A stretch of 15,047 nucleotides of DNA. It comes from a virus (lineage: Duplodnaviria; Heunggongvirae; Uroviricota; Caudoviricetes). Within the stretch, counting starts at the first letter, position 1. Every line of letters begins with the position of its first letter. The stretch lies in the IMG/VR virus record IMGVR_UViG_2529292716_000006, one strand, 5' to 3'. This document shows, one piece after another, positions 1 through 6,695 of the stretch. The notes below the pieces were generated by a model. It saw only the letters and a program-made list of their open reading frames with translations, was not told where the DNA came from and made no database searches. The translations under genes were made by a program, and so were the position numbers.

Positions 1-287
1 GTCTGGTCTGAAAACATCAATGTCGCGTAAAGGTAACTGTTACGACAACGCTCCGATGGAAAGCTTCTGGGGAACGCTGAAAAATGAGAGCCTGAGCCAC
101 TATCGTTTTAATAACCGGGATGAAGCCATCTCAGTAATACGGGAATACATTGAGATTTTCTACAATCGTCAGCGTCGTCACTCTCGTCTGGGGAATATCT
201 CCCCGGCAGCCTTCAGGGAAAAATATCATCAGATGGCTGCTTAAAAAAAGAACAAATGGTAGTGTCCGCTATTGCCAGTACACCTCA
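1..287 (+). mobile_element. IS600 (IS3 family), partial copy: 3' end only, truncated by the window edge
   Basis: Bases 1-287 are the reverse complement of the orfB-distal end of the two complete 1264-bp copies at 6653-7916 and 11379-12642, ending in the same terminal ...CACCTCA. Opposite orientation to the complete copies. The IS600 name rests on OrfA/OrfB sequence and the 1264-bp length, recalled from memory. Confidence 0.8.
20..244 (+). pseudogene. IS600 OrfB transposase, C-terminal 74-aa fragment
   Basis: The 74-aa translation is identical to the C-terminus of the 272-aa OrfB ORFs at 6696-7514 and 11422-12240. Confidence 0.85.
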
Positions 288-486
288 TCCATCACCGAAA
301 AAAATTGGCTTTTACACCATTGGCGATAAAAGCATTTACCTGTATGACCTACGCCGCATGGATGAAATCATGGAGGCTCTTGATAATCGTTCGTCGATGG
401 ATTGGTGTGTTGCTGTTCATGATATGAATGCAGGGTTTGATGAAAAGATTTTGTTCCCCTCATCAGTTGAAAGCACTGCGGGTTAA
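256..486 (+). CDS. Hypothetical protein, probably a 3' fragment whose original 5' end was replaced by the IS600 insertion
   Basis: The open frame starts inside the IS600 terminus (IS ends at 287), so the annotated Met is unlikely to be native. An internal ATG at 359 could give a 42-aa product. No recognisable family. Confidence 0.25.
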   Translation: MVVSAIASTPHPSPKKIGFYTIGDKSIYLYDLRRMDEIMEALDNRSSMDWCVAVHDMNAGFDEKILFPSSVESTAG

Positions 487-496
487 GGAGTAACAC

Positions 497-664
497 ATGA
501 CCACTATTACCAAAGAACGTATTGAATTGTTCATTAAAAACCCGCTTGAAAACGGGCTTACCCGTGGTGAACAAATGGAACTGGCACGGATTGCGCTGGC
601 ATCGCTGGAAGCAGAGCCGGTTGTGTTCTGGTTTGAAAAATATCAAGAAGGGGCTACGGCATGA
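497..664 (+). CDS. Hypothetical small protein (55 aa), first gene of a coupled three-ORF operon
   Basis: Strong Shine-Dalgarno AAGGAG at 485-490, 6 nt before the ATG at 497. Its stop overlaps the next start (ATGA at 661-664). N-terminus MTTITKER and an IAL-SL-AEP motif are shared with the following 114-aa ORF. It is below the 60-aa cutoff of the ORF track. Confidence 0.5.
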   Translation: MTTITKERIELFIKNPLENGLTRGEQMELARIALASLEAEPVVFWFEKYQEGATA

Positions 665-1005
665 CGACTTTTACCAGAGAGCAGTTAATAGCTCACGCAG
701 AGGAGACTATTGAAGCACAGAGACTGTGCATACCGGGCACAATCGACCATGACATCATCCGCACATATAAGATGGATATTGCTGTTCTGGAAATCGCACT
801 GGTATCGCTGGCAGCAGAGCCAGCCGGTAAATTGCATGAATACAAACCAGTGGGATATCAGCGTCTGGTCGATGAGTTAACCATGCTGGTAAAGCAGTTA
901 ACCTGGCAACTGAGGAAAGCGAAGCCAGACTGCAAATTACCGGATAAGGCGATGAGTTATCTGGAGCGGAACGGACTGATAAGCGTGGAGGATATTTTAC
1001 GATGA
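661..1005 (+). CDS. Hypothetical phage protein (114 aa), paralogous to the upstream 55-aa ORF
   Basis: ATGA start/stop overlap with both the upstream and the downstream ORF. Shares MTTFTREQ and [12 protein letters not shown] with the 55-aa product. Confidence 0.55.
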   Translation: MTTFTREQLIAHAEETIEAQRLCIPGTIDHDIIRTYKMDIAVLEIALVSLAAEPAGKLHEYKPVGYQRLVDELTMLVKQLTWQLRKAKPDCKLPDKAMSYLERNGLISVEDILR

Positions 1006-1085
1006 CCTGGCCTGAAGCATTAACAACGGTAGGAATTGCGATGGCGGTGGCGCTGGTGGTGTATTCGATTTGCCGCTGGGGATAA
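1002..1085 (+). CDS. Putative 27-aa single-pass membrane peptide ([27 protein letters not shown])
   Basis: Its ATG overlaps the stop of the 114-aa ORF (ATGA at 1002-1005). The hydrophobic core is long enough for one transmembrane helix. Very short, so speculative. Confidence 0.3.
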   Translation: MTWPEALTTVGIAMAVALVVYSICRWG

Positions 1086-1296
1086 AAACGGTTTGCGGGA
1101 AAAGGAGAGTTAAGTAGAATTGCAGCGGGTGCTTGAGGCTATCTGTCTCAGGCATGAACACCAAAAGGCAGATAGAGAAAAGCCCCAGTTAACATTACGC
1201 GTCCGGCAAGACGCTTAACATTAATCTGAGGCTCAATCTATGAACGGCAAATCTAGGTTAGCCTCTTACGTGCCGAAAGGCAAGGAGAAGCAGGCT

Positions 1297-1452
1297 ATGA
1301 AGCAGCAAAAGGCGATGTTAATCGCCCTGATCGTCATCTGTTTAACCGTCATAGTGACGGCACTGGTAACGAGGAAAGACCTCTGCGAGGTACGAATTCG
1401 AACCGGCCAGACGGAGGTCGCTGTCTTCACAGCTTACGAACCTGAGGAGTAA
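1297..1452 (+). CDS. hokD: Hok-family type I toxin (HokD/RelF-like), 51 aa
   Basis: Translation MKQQKAMLIALIVICLTVIVTALVTRKDLCEVRIRTGQTEVAVFTAYEPEE matches the Hok/Gef family signature and, from memory, HokD of the K-12 Qin prophage. Shine-Dalgarno AAGGAG at 1282-1287. The track ORF 1240-1452 is an in-frame upstream extension. Confidence 0.85.
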   Translation: MKQQKAMLIALIVICLTVIVTALVTRKDLCEVRIRTGQTEVAVFTAYEPEE

Positions 1453-1522
1453 GAGACCAGGCGGGGGAGAAATCCCTCGCCACCTCTGATGGGTCAGGCA
1501 TCCTCAATGCACCCACACTTAA

Positions 1523-1547
1523 CCCGCTTCGGCGGGTTTTTGTTTTT
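1523..1547 (+). terminator. Intrinsic terminator downstream of hokD
   Basis: Hairpin CCCGC-TTCG-GCGGG followed by TTTTTGTTTTT. Confidence 0.6.
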
Positions 1548-1669
1548 ATTTTCAACGCGTTTGAAGTTTTAGATGGTGCCGGAATAGAATCAAAAATACT
1601 TAAGTAGCGCGCAGGGAGAAGAGGGATGGACCCCGAACAGGGGAGTGCTATTTATCTGGAAGGATTCTG

Positions 1670-1954
1670 TTGATGAAAATCGAAGAATTACGTGAAATTT
1701 TTAGTGAAGATGGCCTCTATACTGTGCGCGTTGAGAATGGCGCTATTGTCAGCCACTGCCTTCCAGACTACACAATTCTGATAATTCAGCCGTCTTTGCC
1801 AGCAGGCACGGGCGGCGCTCTCACGCATTTAAATCTGATTGGTACCAGCATCCCCCATGCACTGAAGAACAGGCCGAATGGCTCATTCAGTGTTACCGCA
1901 GGCGCGGATGCGAGGTTAAAAAAGCCCTTAGCCTCGACTACCGTCACTGGATAA
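1670..1954 (+). CDS. Hypothetical phage protein (94 aa), in the position occupied by rem in Qin
   Basis: Clean ORF with GGAAGGA upstream of the ATG at 1673. Placed between hokD and the YdfU-like gene, as rem is in K-12 Qin, but sequence identity to Rem is not verified. Confidence 0.45.
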   Translation: MMKIEELREIFSEDGLYTVRVENGAIVSHCLPDYTILIIQPSLPAGTGGALTHLNLIGTSIPHALKNRPNGSFSVTAGADARLKKPLASTTVTG

Positions 1955-2029
1955 TCTCCGTCAGGCTCCCTTACTCCGAACGGCCAACGCGTCCGTCCCG
2001 CACATTCCAGCAACGGATCTGGAGGTAAT

Positions 2030-3088
2030 GTGCGGGTATTACTTCGACCTGTTCTGGTACCGGAACTCGGTCTGGTTATCGTTAAGCCAGGCCGTGAATC
2101 AATGTCAGCATTCCATAACGGCAGAATACTGGTGGAGCCGGAACCAAAAAGCATGCGTAATCTGCCGTCCGGGGTCGTTCCTGCCGCTCGCCAGCCGCTG
2201 GTGGAAGACAAAACATTGCTGCCGTTTTTCAGTAACGCACGGGTGATTCGTGCTGCTGGTGGTGCTGGTGCATTGTCTGACTGGCTGTTGCGCCATATTA
2301 AATCCTGCCAGTGGCCACACGGCGATTATCATCACAGCGAAACCGTCATTCACCGTTATGGTACCGGCGCAATGGTGTTGTGCTGGCACTGCGACAACCA
2401 GCTGCGTGACCAGACATCCGAATCACTCGAGCAACTTGCTCATCAAAACCTGTCAGCATGGATGATTGACGTCATCGGTCACGCAATAAGCGGTACGCAG
2501 GAGCGTGAATTATCTCTGGCTGAATTATCCTGGTGGGCGGTCCGCAATCAGGTGGCGGACGCGCTACCGGAAGCGGTATTACGTCGTTCGCTGGGGTTGC
2601 GTGCGGAAAAAATTCGCTCTGTGTACAGTGAAAGCGACATCATACCGGGAGAGCAGACAGCCACCAGCATACTGAAGCAGCGCACAAAAAATATTGCGTT
2701 ACTGCCTCACGTCCACCAGCAACAGAACCCACCACAGGAAAAGACGGTGGTCAGCATTGCCGTTGATCCGGAGTCACCGGCTCAGTATCTCCAGCGCCAG
2801 AAATCACAACGGGAAGAGATGCCTGTATACACGCGCTGGGTAAAAACGCAGAAATGCATGACGTGTGGCAATCAGGCAGATGATCCGCATCACATCATTG
2901 GTCATGGACTGGGAGGGATGGGAACAAAGGCTGATGATTTGTTTGTTATTCCGTTATGCCGTAAATGCCGTAACGAACTACATGCCGGAGTAAAAGATTT
3001 TGAAGAGAAACACGGCAGTCAGCTGTTGTTGCTGATTCGTTTTTTAATGCACGCGAGAAATTCGGGTGTTCTGAAGTGGAAAGCATAA
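2030..3088 (+). CDS. DUF968/YdfU-like nin-region protein with a C-terminal HNH-like zinc-binding motif
   Basis: 352-aa ORF. C-terminus reads CMTCGNQADDPHHIIGHG...CRKCRNELH (CxxC...HH...CxxC...H). Size and position upstream of Q match YdfU of Qin. The start codon is uncertain (GTG at 2030 or an internal ATG). Confidence 0.6.
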   Translation: MRVLLRPVLVPELGLVIVKPGRESMSAFHNGRILVEPEPKSMRNLPSGVVPAARQPLVEDKTLLPFFSNARVIRAAGGAGALSDWLLRHIKSCQWPHGDYHHSETVIHRYGTGAMVLCWHCDNQLRDQTSESLEQLAHQNLSAWMIDVIGHAISGTQERELSLAELSWWAVRNQVADALPEAVLRRSLGLRAEKIRSVYSESDIIPGEQTATSILKQRTKNIALLPHVHQQQNPPQEKTVVSIAVDPESPAQYLQRQKSQREEMPVYTRWVKTQKCMTCGNQADDPHHIIGHGLGGMGTKADDLFVIPLCRKCRNELHAGVKDFEEKHGSQLLLLIRFLMHARNSGVLKWKA

Positions 3089-3469
3089 ATGACCGAGCGC
3101 ATAGAATTTGTTTTACCTTACCCGCCGACGGTGAACACTTACTGGCGTCGTCGTGGCAGCACATATTTTGTATCAAAAGCCGGGGAGCGTTATCGCCGGG
3201 CAGTGGCGCTTATTGTTCGCCAGCAGCGGCTGAAATTAAGCCTGTCCGGAAGGTTGGCAATAAAAATTATTGCAGAACCACCGGATAAGCGCCGCCGTGA
3301 CCTGGACAATATTCTGAAAGCGCCGCTGGATGCGCTGACGCATGCGGGGTTGCTAATGGACGATGAGCAGTTTGATGAAATCAATATCGTTCGTGCTCAG
3401 CCAGTATCTGGTGGACGTCTGGGGGTGAAGATTTATCCCATAATGCTTGAAGGGCAGGTCAAAAAATGA
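3089..3469 (+). CDS. rusA: RusA-family Holliday junction resolvase
   Basis: The 126-aa product has the RusA hallmarks (PPTVNTYWRR near the N-terminus, RRRDLDNILKAPLDALT, DDEQ). Starts directly after the upstream stop and overlaps the Q start by ATGA. Confidence 0.85.
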   Translation: MTERIEFVLPYPPTVNTYWRRRGSTYFVSKAGERYRRAVALIVRQQRLKLSLSGRLAIKIIAEPPDKRRRDLDNILKAPLDALTHAGLLMDDEQFDEINIVRAQPVSGGRLGVKIYPIMLEGQVKK

Positions 3470-4287
3470 AACTGGAAGATTTACCGAAATACTACTCCCC
3501 AAAATCCCCCGGCCTGACTGATGCATCGGCCTCAACGTCGAAAGATGCGCTGAGTATCACTGATGTGATGGCCGCGCAGGGCATGACACAGAATCGGGCT
3601 GAGATGGGGGTTTCTGCGTTCCTTGGGAAAATGGGCATTAGTATGAATGACAGAGAGCGGGCAACAGAATTGCTGACAGAATATGCACTCAGTCGGTGTG
3701 ATCGCGTGGCGGCGTTAAGAAAACTCCCGGCAGAAATAAAACCGGCAGTGATGCGTATTATGGCTTCGTATGCGTTTGAAGATTATGCCCGTAGCGCGGC
3801 GAGCAAAAAACAGTGCCCCTGCTGTCACGGAAAAAAATTTATTGAAAGCGAGGTTTTTACAAACAAGATCCAGTATCCGGATGGTAAGCCGCCGGTATGG
3901 GCAAAGTGTACGAAAGGTGTGTATCCGTCTTACTGGGAAGAATGGAAAAAAGTCAGGGAGGTGGTAAAAGTTGCCTGTCCGGAGTGTGGCGGAAAGGGTG
4001 AGGTTTCCACCGCCTGTAAGGATTGCCGTGGGCGTGGTGTCGCCATTCATCGTGAAGAGTCGGTAAAACGTGGTATGCCTGTTATCAGAGACTGCCAGCG
4101 TTGTGGTGGTCGTGGCTATGAAAGACTACCATCAACGGAGGCATTTAATGCTATATGCGAGGTGACAAACCAGATAACACGCGCGTCATGGGAAAAAACA
4201 GTTAAGAAATTTTATGATGCGCTGGTGACCCGGTTTGATATTGAAGAAGCATGGGCTGAGCGGCAGTTAAAAAAGGTAACTAGGTAA
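3466..4287 (+). CDS. Q: Lambda-family Q late antiterminator, with an approximately 65-aa insertion carrying extra CxxCGGxG zinc-finger repeats
   Basis: Blocks collinear with lambda Q as recalled: YSPKSP, TDVMAAQGM, YAFEDYARSAA, CPCCHG, CQRCGGRGYERLP, SWEKTVKKFYDALV. 273 aa versus 207 aa in lambda. Immediately followed by a PR'-like promoter. Confidence 0.85.
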   Translation: MKLEDLPKYYSPKSPGLTDASASTSKDALSITDVMAAQGMTQNRAEMGVSAFLGKMGISMNDRERATELLTEYALSRCDRVAALRKLPAEIKPAVMRIMASYAFEDYARSAASKKQCPCCHGKKFIESEVFTNKIQYPDGKPPVWAKCTKGVYPSYWEEWKKVREVVKVACPECGGKGEVSTACKDCRGRGVAIHREESVKRGMPVIRDCQRCGGRGYERLPSTEAFNAICEVTNQITRASWEKTVKKFYDALVTRFDIEEAWAERQLKKVTR

Positions 4288-4292
4288 CAAGG

Positions 4293-4335
4293 TTGATTTT
4301 TCCGGAATCTGTGGTAAATTCGTCATAACGATGGG
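4293..4335 (+). promoter_or_regulatory. Late promoter PR' with sigma70-dependent pause element (Q engagement region)
   Basis: -35 TTGATT (4293-4298), 16-bp spacer, -10 TAAATT (4315-4320, same hexamer as lambda PR'). AACGATGGG at 4327-4335 sits at the same spacing after the -10 as the lambda AACGAT pause-inducing element. Confidence 0.7.
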
Positions 4336-4369
4336 CGTTTTATGCCTGACGTTAGAAGAGTTTCTACAA

Positions 4370-4392
4370 CCCGCCGCCGAGCGGGTTTTTTA
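4370..4392 (+). terminator. tR'-like intrinsic terminator of the short PR' leader
   Basis: Hairpin CCCGC-CGCCGA-GCGGG followed by TTTTTTA, roughly 45-65 nt downstream of the predicted start site. Confidence 0.6.
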
Positions 4393-4511
4393 TGACTGAA
4401 ATCGCGTCAGTACAGTAAACGCGCTGGTGGCGGTGAATACCTGTCTTTCAGCTTGCTGGCTTTTTCGACAAGAGTTATTGGTGTGTCACGTTAACCGGAA
4501 AAGGAAAAGAC

Positions 4512-4709
4512 ATGCTAAAACAGCAGGATATGACAGAAACCGCCAGAGTGGTGTTTAATGAATTAAGCGTTACCGAACCGGCGACAGTCGGGGAGATAGC
4601 GCAGAATACTTACCTTTCACGCGAACGCTGCCAGTTAATACTGACCCAGCTGGTTATGGCGGGTCTGGCAGACTATCAGTTCGGTTGTTACAGACGCCTT
4701 CCGCAGTGA
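4512..4709 (+). CDS. Hypothetical 65-aa protein, possibly a small helix-turn-helix protein
   Basis: ORF with GGAAAAGGAAAAG upstream. The segment VGEIAQNTYLSRERCQLILTQL looks like a helix-turn-helix. Its stop codon lies inside a terminator hairpin. Confidence 0.45.
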   Translation: MLKQQDMTETARVVFNELSVTEPATVGEIAQNTYLSRERCQLILTQLVMAGLADYQFGCYRRLPQ

Positions 4710-4720
4710 AGGCTTTTTTA
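4696..4720 (+). terminator. Intrinsic terminator
   Basis: Hairpin GCCTTC-CGCAGT-GAAGGC followed by TTTTTTA. Confidence 0.6.
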
Positions 4721-4859
4721 TTTGTGGTAAATGGGCGGCTGGTGGGTGTTAGGGGCACCCACCAGCCATCTGCTCATGCGTTGGGTTCACAAGCAAACCT
4801 CAGGCCCACTGCTTTGCGCAAAAGCAGAATGAGCCTATCAGAGACAGGCTTAATGATCC

Positions 4860-5918
4860 ATGCTTAATACTGTAAAAATATCCAGTTGTGAGTTAATCAA
4901 CGCCGACTGCCTGGAATTTATCCGGTCGTTACCCGAAAATTCTGTTGACCTGATAGTCACGGACCCGCCGTACTTTAAAGTGAAGCCTGAGGGCTGGGAT
5001 AACCAGTGGAAGGGCGACGATGATTACCTGAAGTGGCTGGACCAGTGTCTGGCGCAGTTCTGGCGGGTGCTGAAACCTGCCGGAAGTCTTTACCTGTTCT
5101 GTGGTCATCGCCTGGCATCTGATATCGAAATCATGATGCGTGAACGCTTCAGTGTGCTGAACCATATTATCTGGGCGAAGCCGTCCGGACGCTGGAACGG
5201 ATGCAACAAGGAAAGCCTGCGGGCGTATTTCCCCGCCACAGAGCGCATTCTGTTCGCGGAACATTATCAGGGGCCGTATCGTCCGAAAGATGCCGGGTAT
5301 GCGGCGAAGGGCAGTGCACTGAAACAGCATGTGATGGCCCCGCTGATTTCTTACTTTCGTGATGCGCGAGCTGCCCTGGGGATAACGGCAAAACAGATTG
5401 CAGATGCCACAGGAAAGAAAAACATGGTGTCGCACTGGTTCAGTGCCGGTCAGTGGCAGTTGCCGAATGAAAGCGATTATCTGAAATTACAGGCGCTGTT
5501 TGCCCGGGTGGCAGAAGAGAAGCATCGGCGTGGTGAACTGGAAAAGCTCCACCACCAGCTGGTGGATACGTATACCTCACTGAACCGGCAGTATGCGGAG
5601 CTGCTGAGTGAATATAAACATCTGCGGCGGTATTTTGGCGTGACGGTGCAGGTGCCGTATACCGATGTGTGGACGCATAAACCGGTGCAGTTCTATCCCG
5701 GGAAACATCCGTGCGAAAAACCGGCAGAAATGCTGCAGCAGATAATCAGCGCTAGCAGTCGTCCGGGTGACCTGATTGCAGATTTTTTCATGGGGTTGGG
5801 TTCGACAGTGAAAGCGGCACTGGCGCTCGGGCGTCGTGCAATTGGCGTTGAGCTGGAGACTGAACGTTTTGAGCAGACGGTTCGGGAAGTACAGGATTTA
5901 GTCAGCCAGAACGGATGA
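4860..5918 (+). CDS. Orphan beta-class DNA methyltransferase (N6-adenine or N4-cytosine)
   Basis: Motif IV TDPPY near the N-terminus and motif I FMGLGST near the C-terminus; IV-before-I order defines the beta class. No restriction endonuclease partner is evident nearby. Confidence 0.85.
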   Translation: MLNTVKISSCELINADCLEFIRSLPENSVDLIVTDPPYFKVKPEGWDNQWKGDDDYLKWLDQCLAQFWRVLKPAGSLYLFCGHRLASDIEIMMRERFSVLNHIIWAKPSGRWNGCNKESLRAYFPATERILFAEHYQGPYRPKDAGYAAKGSALKQHVMAPLISYFRDARAALGITAKQIADATGKKNMVSHWFSAGQWQLPNESDYLKLQALFARVAEEKHRRGELEKLHHQLVDTYTSLNRQYAELLSEYKHLRRYFGVTVQVPYTDVWTHKPVQFYPGKHPCEKPAEMLQQIISASSRPGDLIADFFMGLGSTVKAALALGRRAIGVELETERFEQTVREVQDLVSQNG

Positions 5919-5920
5919 TA

Positions 5921-5949
5921 TTGAAGAATTAATTACGCGTCGTTATTAT
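5921..5949 (+). promoter_or_regulatory. Candidate sigma70 promoter for the tRNA cluster
   Basis: TTGAAG (5921-5926), 17-bp spacer, TATTAT (5944-5949), ending about 10 nt before the first tRNA. Confidence 0.5.
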
Positions 5950-5958
5950 GCGGCTCCC

Positions 5959-6034
5959 GGCCCTTTAGCTCAGTGGTGAGAGCGAGCGACTCATAATCGC
6001 CAGGTCGCTGGTTCAAATCCAGCAAGGGCCACCA
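5959..6034 (+). tRNA. ileZ: tRNA-Ile2 (anticodon CAU, lysidine type), ileX/ileZ-like
   Basis: Hand-folded cloverleaf: acceptor GGCCCTT/AAGGGCC, T-arm GCTGG-TTCAAAT-CCAGC, anticodon loop CTCATAA, 3' CCA encoded. Near-identical to E. coli ileX as recalled. Confidence 0.85.
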
Positions 6035-6041
6035 TCACATA

Positions 6042-6118
6042 CCGCCATTAGCTCATCAGGAAAGAGCGCCAGCCTTCGAAGCTGGCTGCGCGGGGTTCAA
6101 GTCCCCGATGGCGGTCCA
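6042..6118 (+). tRNA. argN: tRNA-Arg (anticodon UCG), argN-like
   Basis: Acceptor CCGCCAT/ATGGCGG (7 Watson-Crick pairs), T-arm CGGGG-TTCAAGT-CCCCG, anticodon loop CTTCGAA, 3' CCA encoded. Confidence 0.8.
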
Positions 6119-6131
6119 TTATCTGCATCAT

Positions 6132-6208
6132 GCGTTGTTAGCTCAGCCGGACAGAGCAATTGCCTTCTAAGCAATCGGTCACTGGTTCGAATCCAGTACA
6201 ACGCGCCA
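6132..6208 (+). tRNA. argO: tRNA-Arg (anticodon UCU, reads rare AGA), argO/argU-like
   Basis: Acceptor GCGTTGT/ACAACGC, T-arm ACTGG-TTCGAAT-CCAGT, anticodon loop CTTCTAA, 3' CCA encoded. Confidence 0.85.
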
Positions 6209-6222
6209 CACTTATTTTCCCT

Positions 6223-6248
6223 GGCTCGCTTTTGCGGGCCTTTTTTTT
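6223..6248 (+). terminator. Intrinsic terminator after the tRNA cluster
   Basis: Hairpin GGCTCGC-TTTT-GCGGGCC followed by eight T residues. Confidence 0.7.
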
Positions 6249-6253
6249 AAATG

Positions 6254-6468
6254 TCTCACAATTCAGACGGTTGACAGTTGTCTGTTTTGCGGGGAGTTTG
6301 TTAAAAGAAACTGGCATGGTGAATCCCCCTGTGCGGAGGGGCAATCAGCGAGTAGGTATATGGGATAATCGCGGATTCAGGTGCTGGTACTGAATTCACC
6401 GGGAGGCACCCGGCATCATGCAATGGCACATAGCGCCACTCTCCAGCCCTCTCCGGAGGGGCTTTTCT
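6254..6468 (+). repeat. Structured non-coding module, copy A (candidate sRNA or leader)
   Basis: Shares ordered blocks with copy B (7988-8222): CTCACAATTCAG, GTTGACAGTTG, TTTGTTAAAA, GCATGGTGAATCCCCCTGnGCGGAGGGG, a 6-bp hairpin, TCACCGGGAGGCACCCGGCA, and a terminal GC-rich hairpin CCCTCTCCGGAGGGG followed by a T-run. Confidence 0.45.
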
Positions 6469-6594
6469 GTGCCGGATACATCACAGTTTCTGGAACCTTA
6501 GGTACTACAGTATCAGTCAGGGTGCTATATTTTCAGATGTGATGAAAGCCTGTCAGCAGGCAGGGCGTATCGGAAATGACCCAGTAGAGAAAAC

Positions 6595-6652
6595 GTTGAC
6601 TCAGATACCGGTGCTGAGTTACCGGGAAACCGGCATCACATGACCGCTATCC
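6595..6652 (+). repeat. Structured non-coding module, copy C, 5' part (split by IS600; 3' part at 7917-7951)
   Basis: CTGAGTTACCGGGAAACCGGCATCACATG parallels CTGAATTCACCGGGAGGCACCCGGCATCATG of copy A and the equivalent block of copy B. Its terminator-like hairpin resumes directly after the IS600 target duplication. Confidence 0.35.
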
Positions 6653-6695
6653 TGAGGTGTACTGGCAATAGCGGACACTACCATTTGTTCTTTTT

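Noticed and set aside
368-646. 92-aa minus-strand ORF
   Set aside because: Antisense to the better-supported plus-strand ORFs (Shine-Dalgarno, start/stop coupling) and without a ribosome-binding site.
1240-1296. In-frame N-terminal extension of hokD (70-aa ORF), considered as a possible Mok-like overlapping frame
   Set aside because: It is in the same frame as hok rather than an overlapping different frame, and the AAGGAG Shine-Dalgarno is positioned for the internal ATG at 1297 that yields the canonical 51-aa Hok.
1786-2389. Minus-strand ORFs 1786-2211 and 2105-2389
   Set aside because: Antisense to the rem-position ORF and the DUF968 gene; no independent support.
4929-5435. 168-aa minus-strand ORF inside the methyltransferase gene
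   Set aside because: Fully embedded antisense to a gene with clear conserved motifs; typical shadow ORF in GC-rich coding DNA.
6271-6276. Conserved TTGACA hexamers in modules A and B (8005-8010 in B) as -35 elements of promoters for the modules
   Set aside because: No acceptable -10 hexamer lies 16-18 bp downstream in either copy; the nearest -10-like sequence (TGTTAAAA) is about 25 bp away. Promoter status is left open rather than asserted.
6160-6393. 77-aa plus-strand ORF and the 68-aa minus-strand ORF at 6138-6344
   Set aside because: Both overlap the tRNA-Arg gene and the terminator and have no ribosome-binding site; they are chance open frames in structured non-coding DNA.
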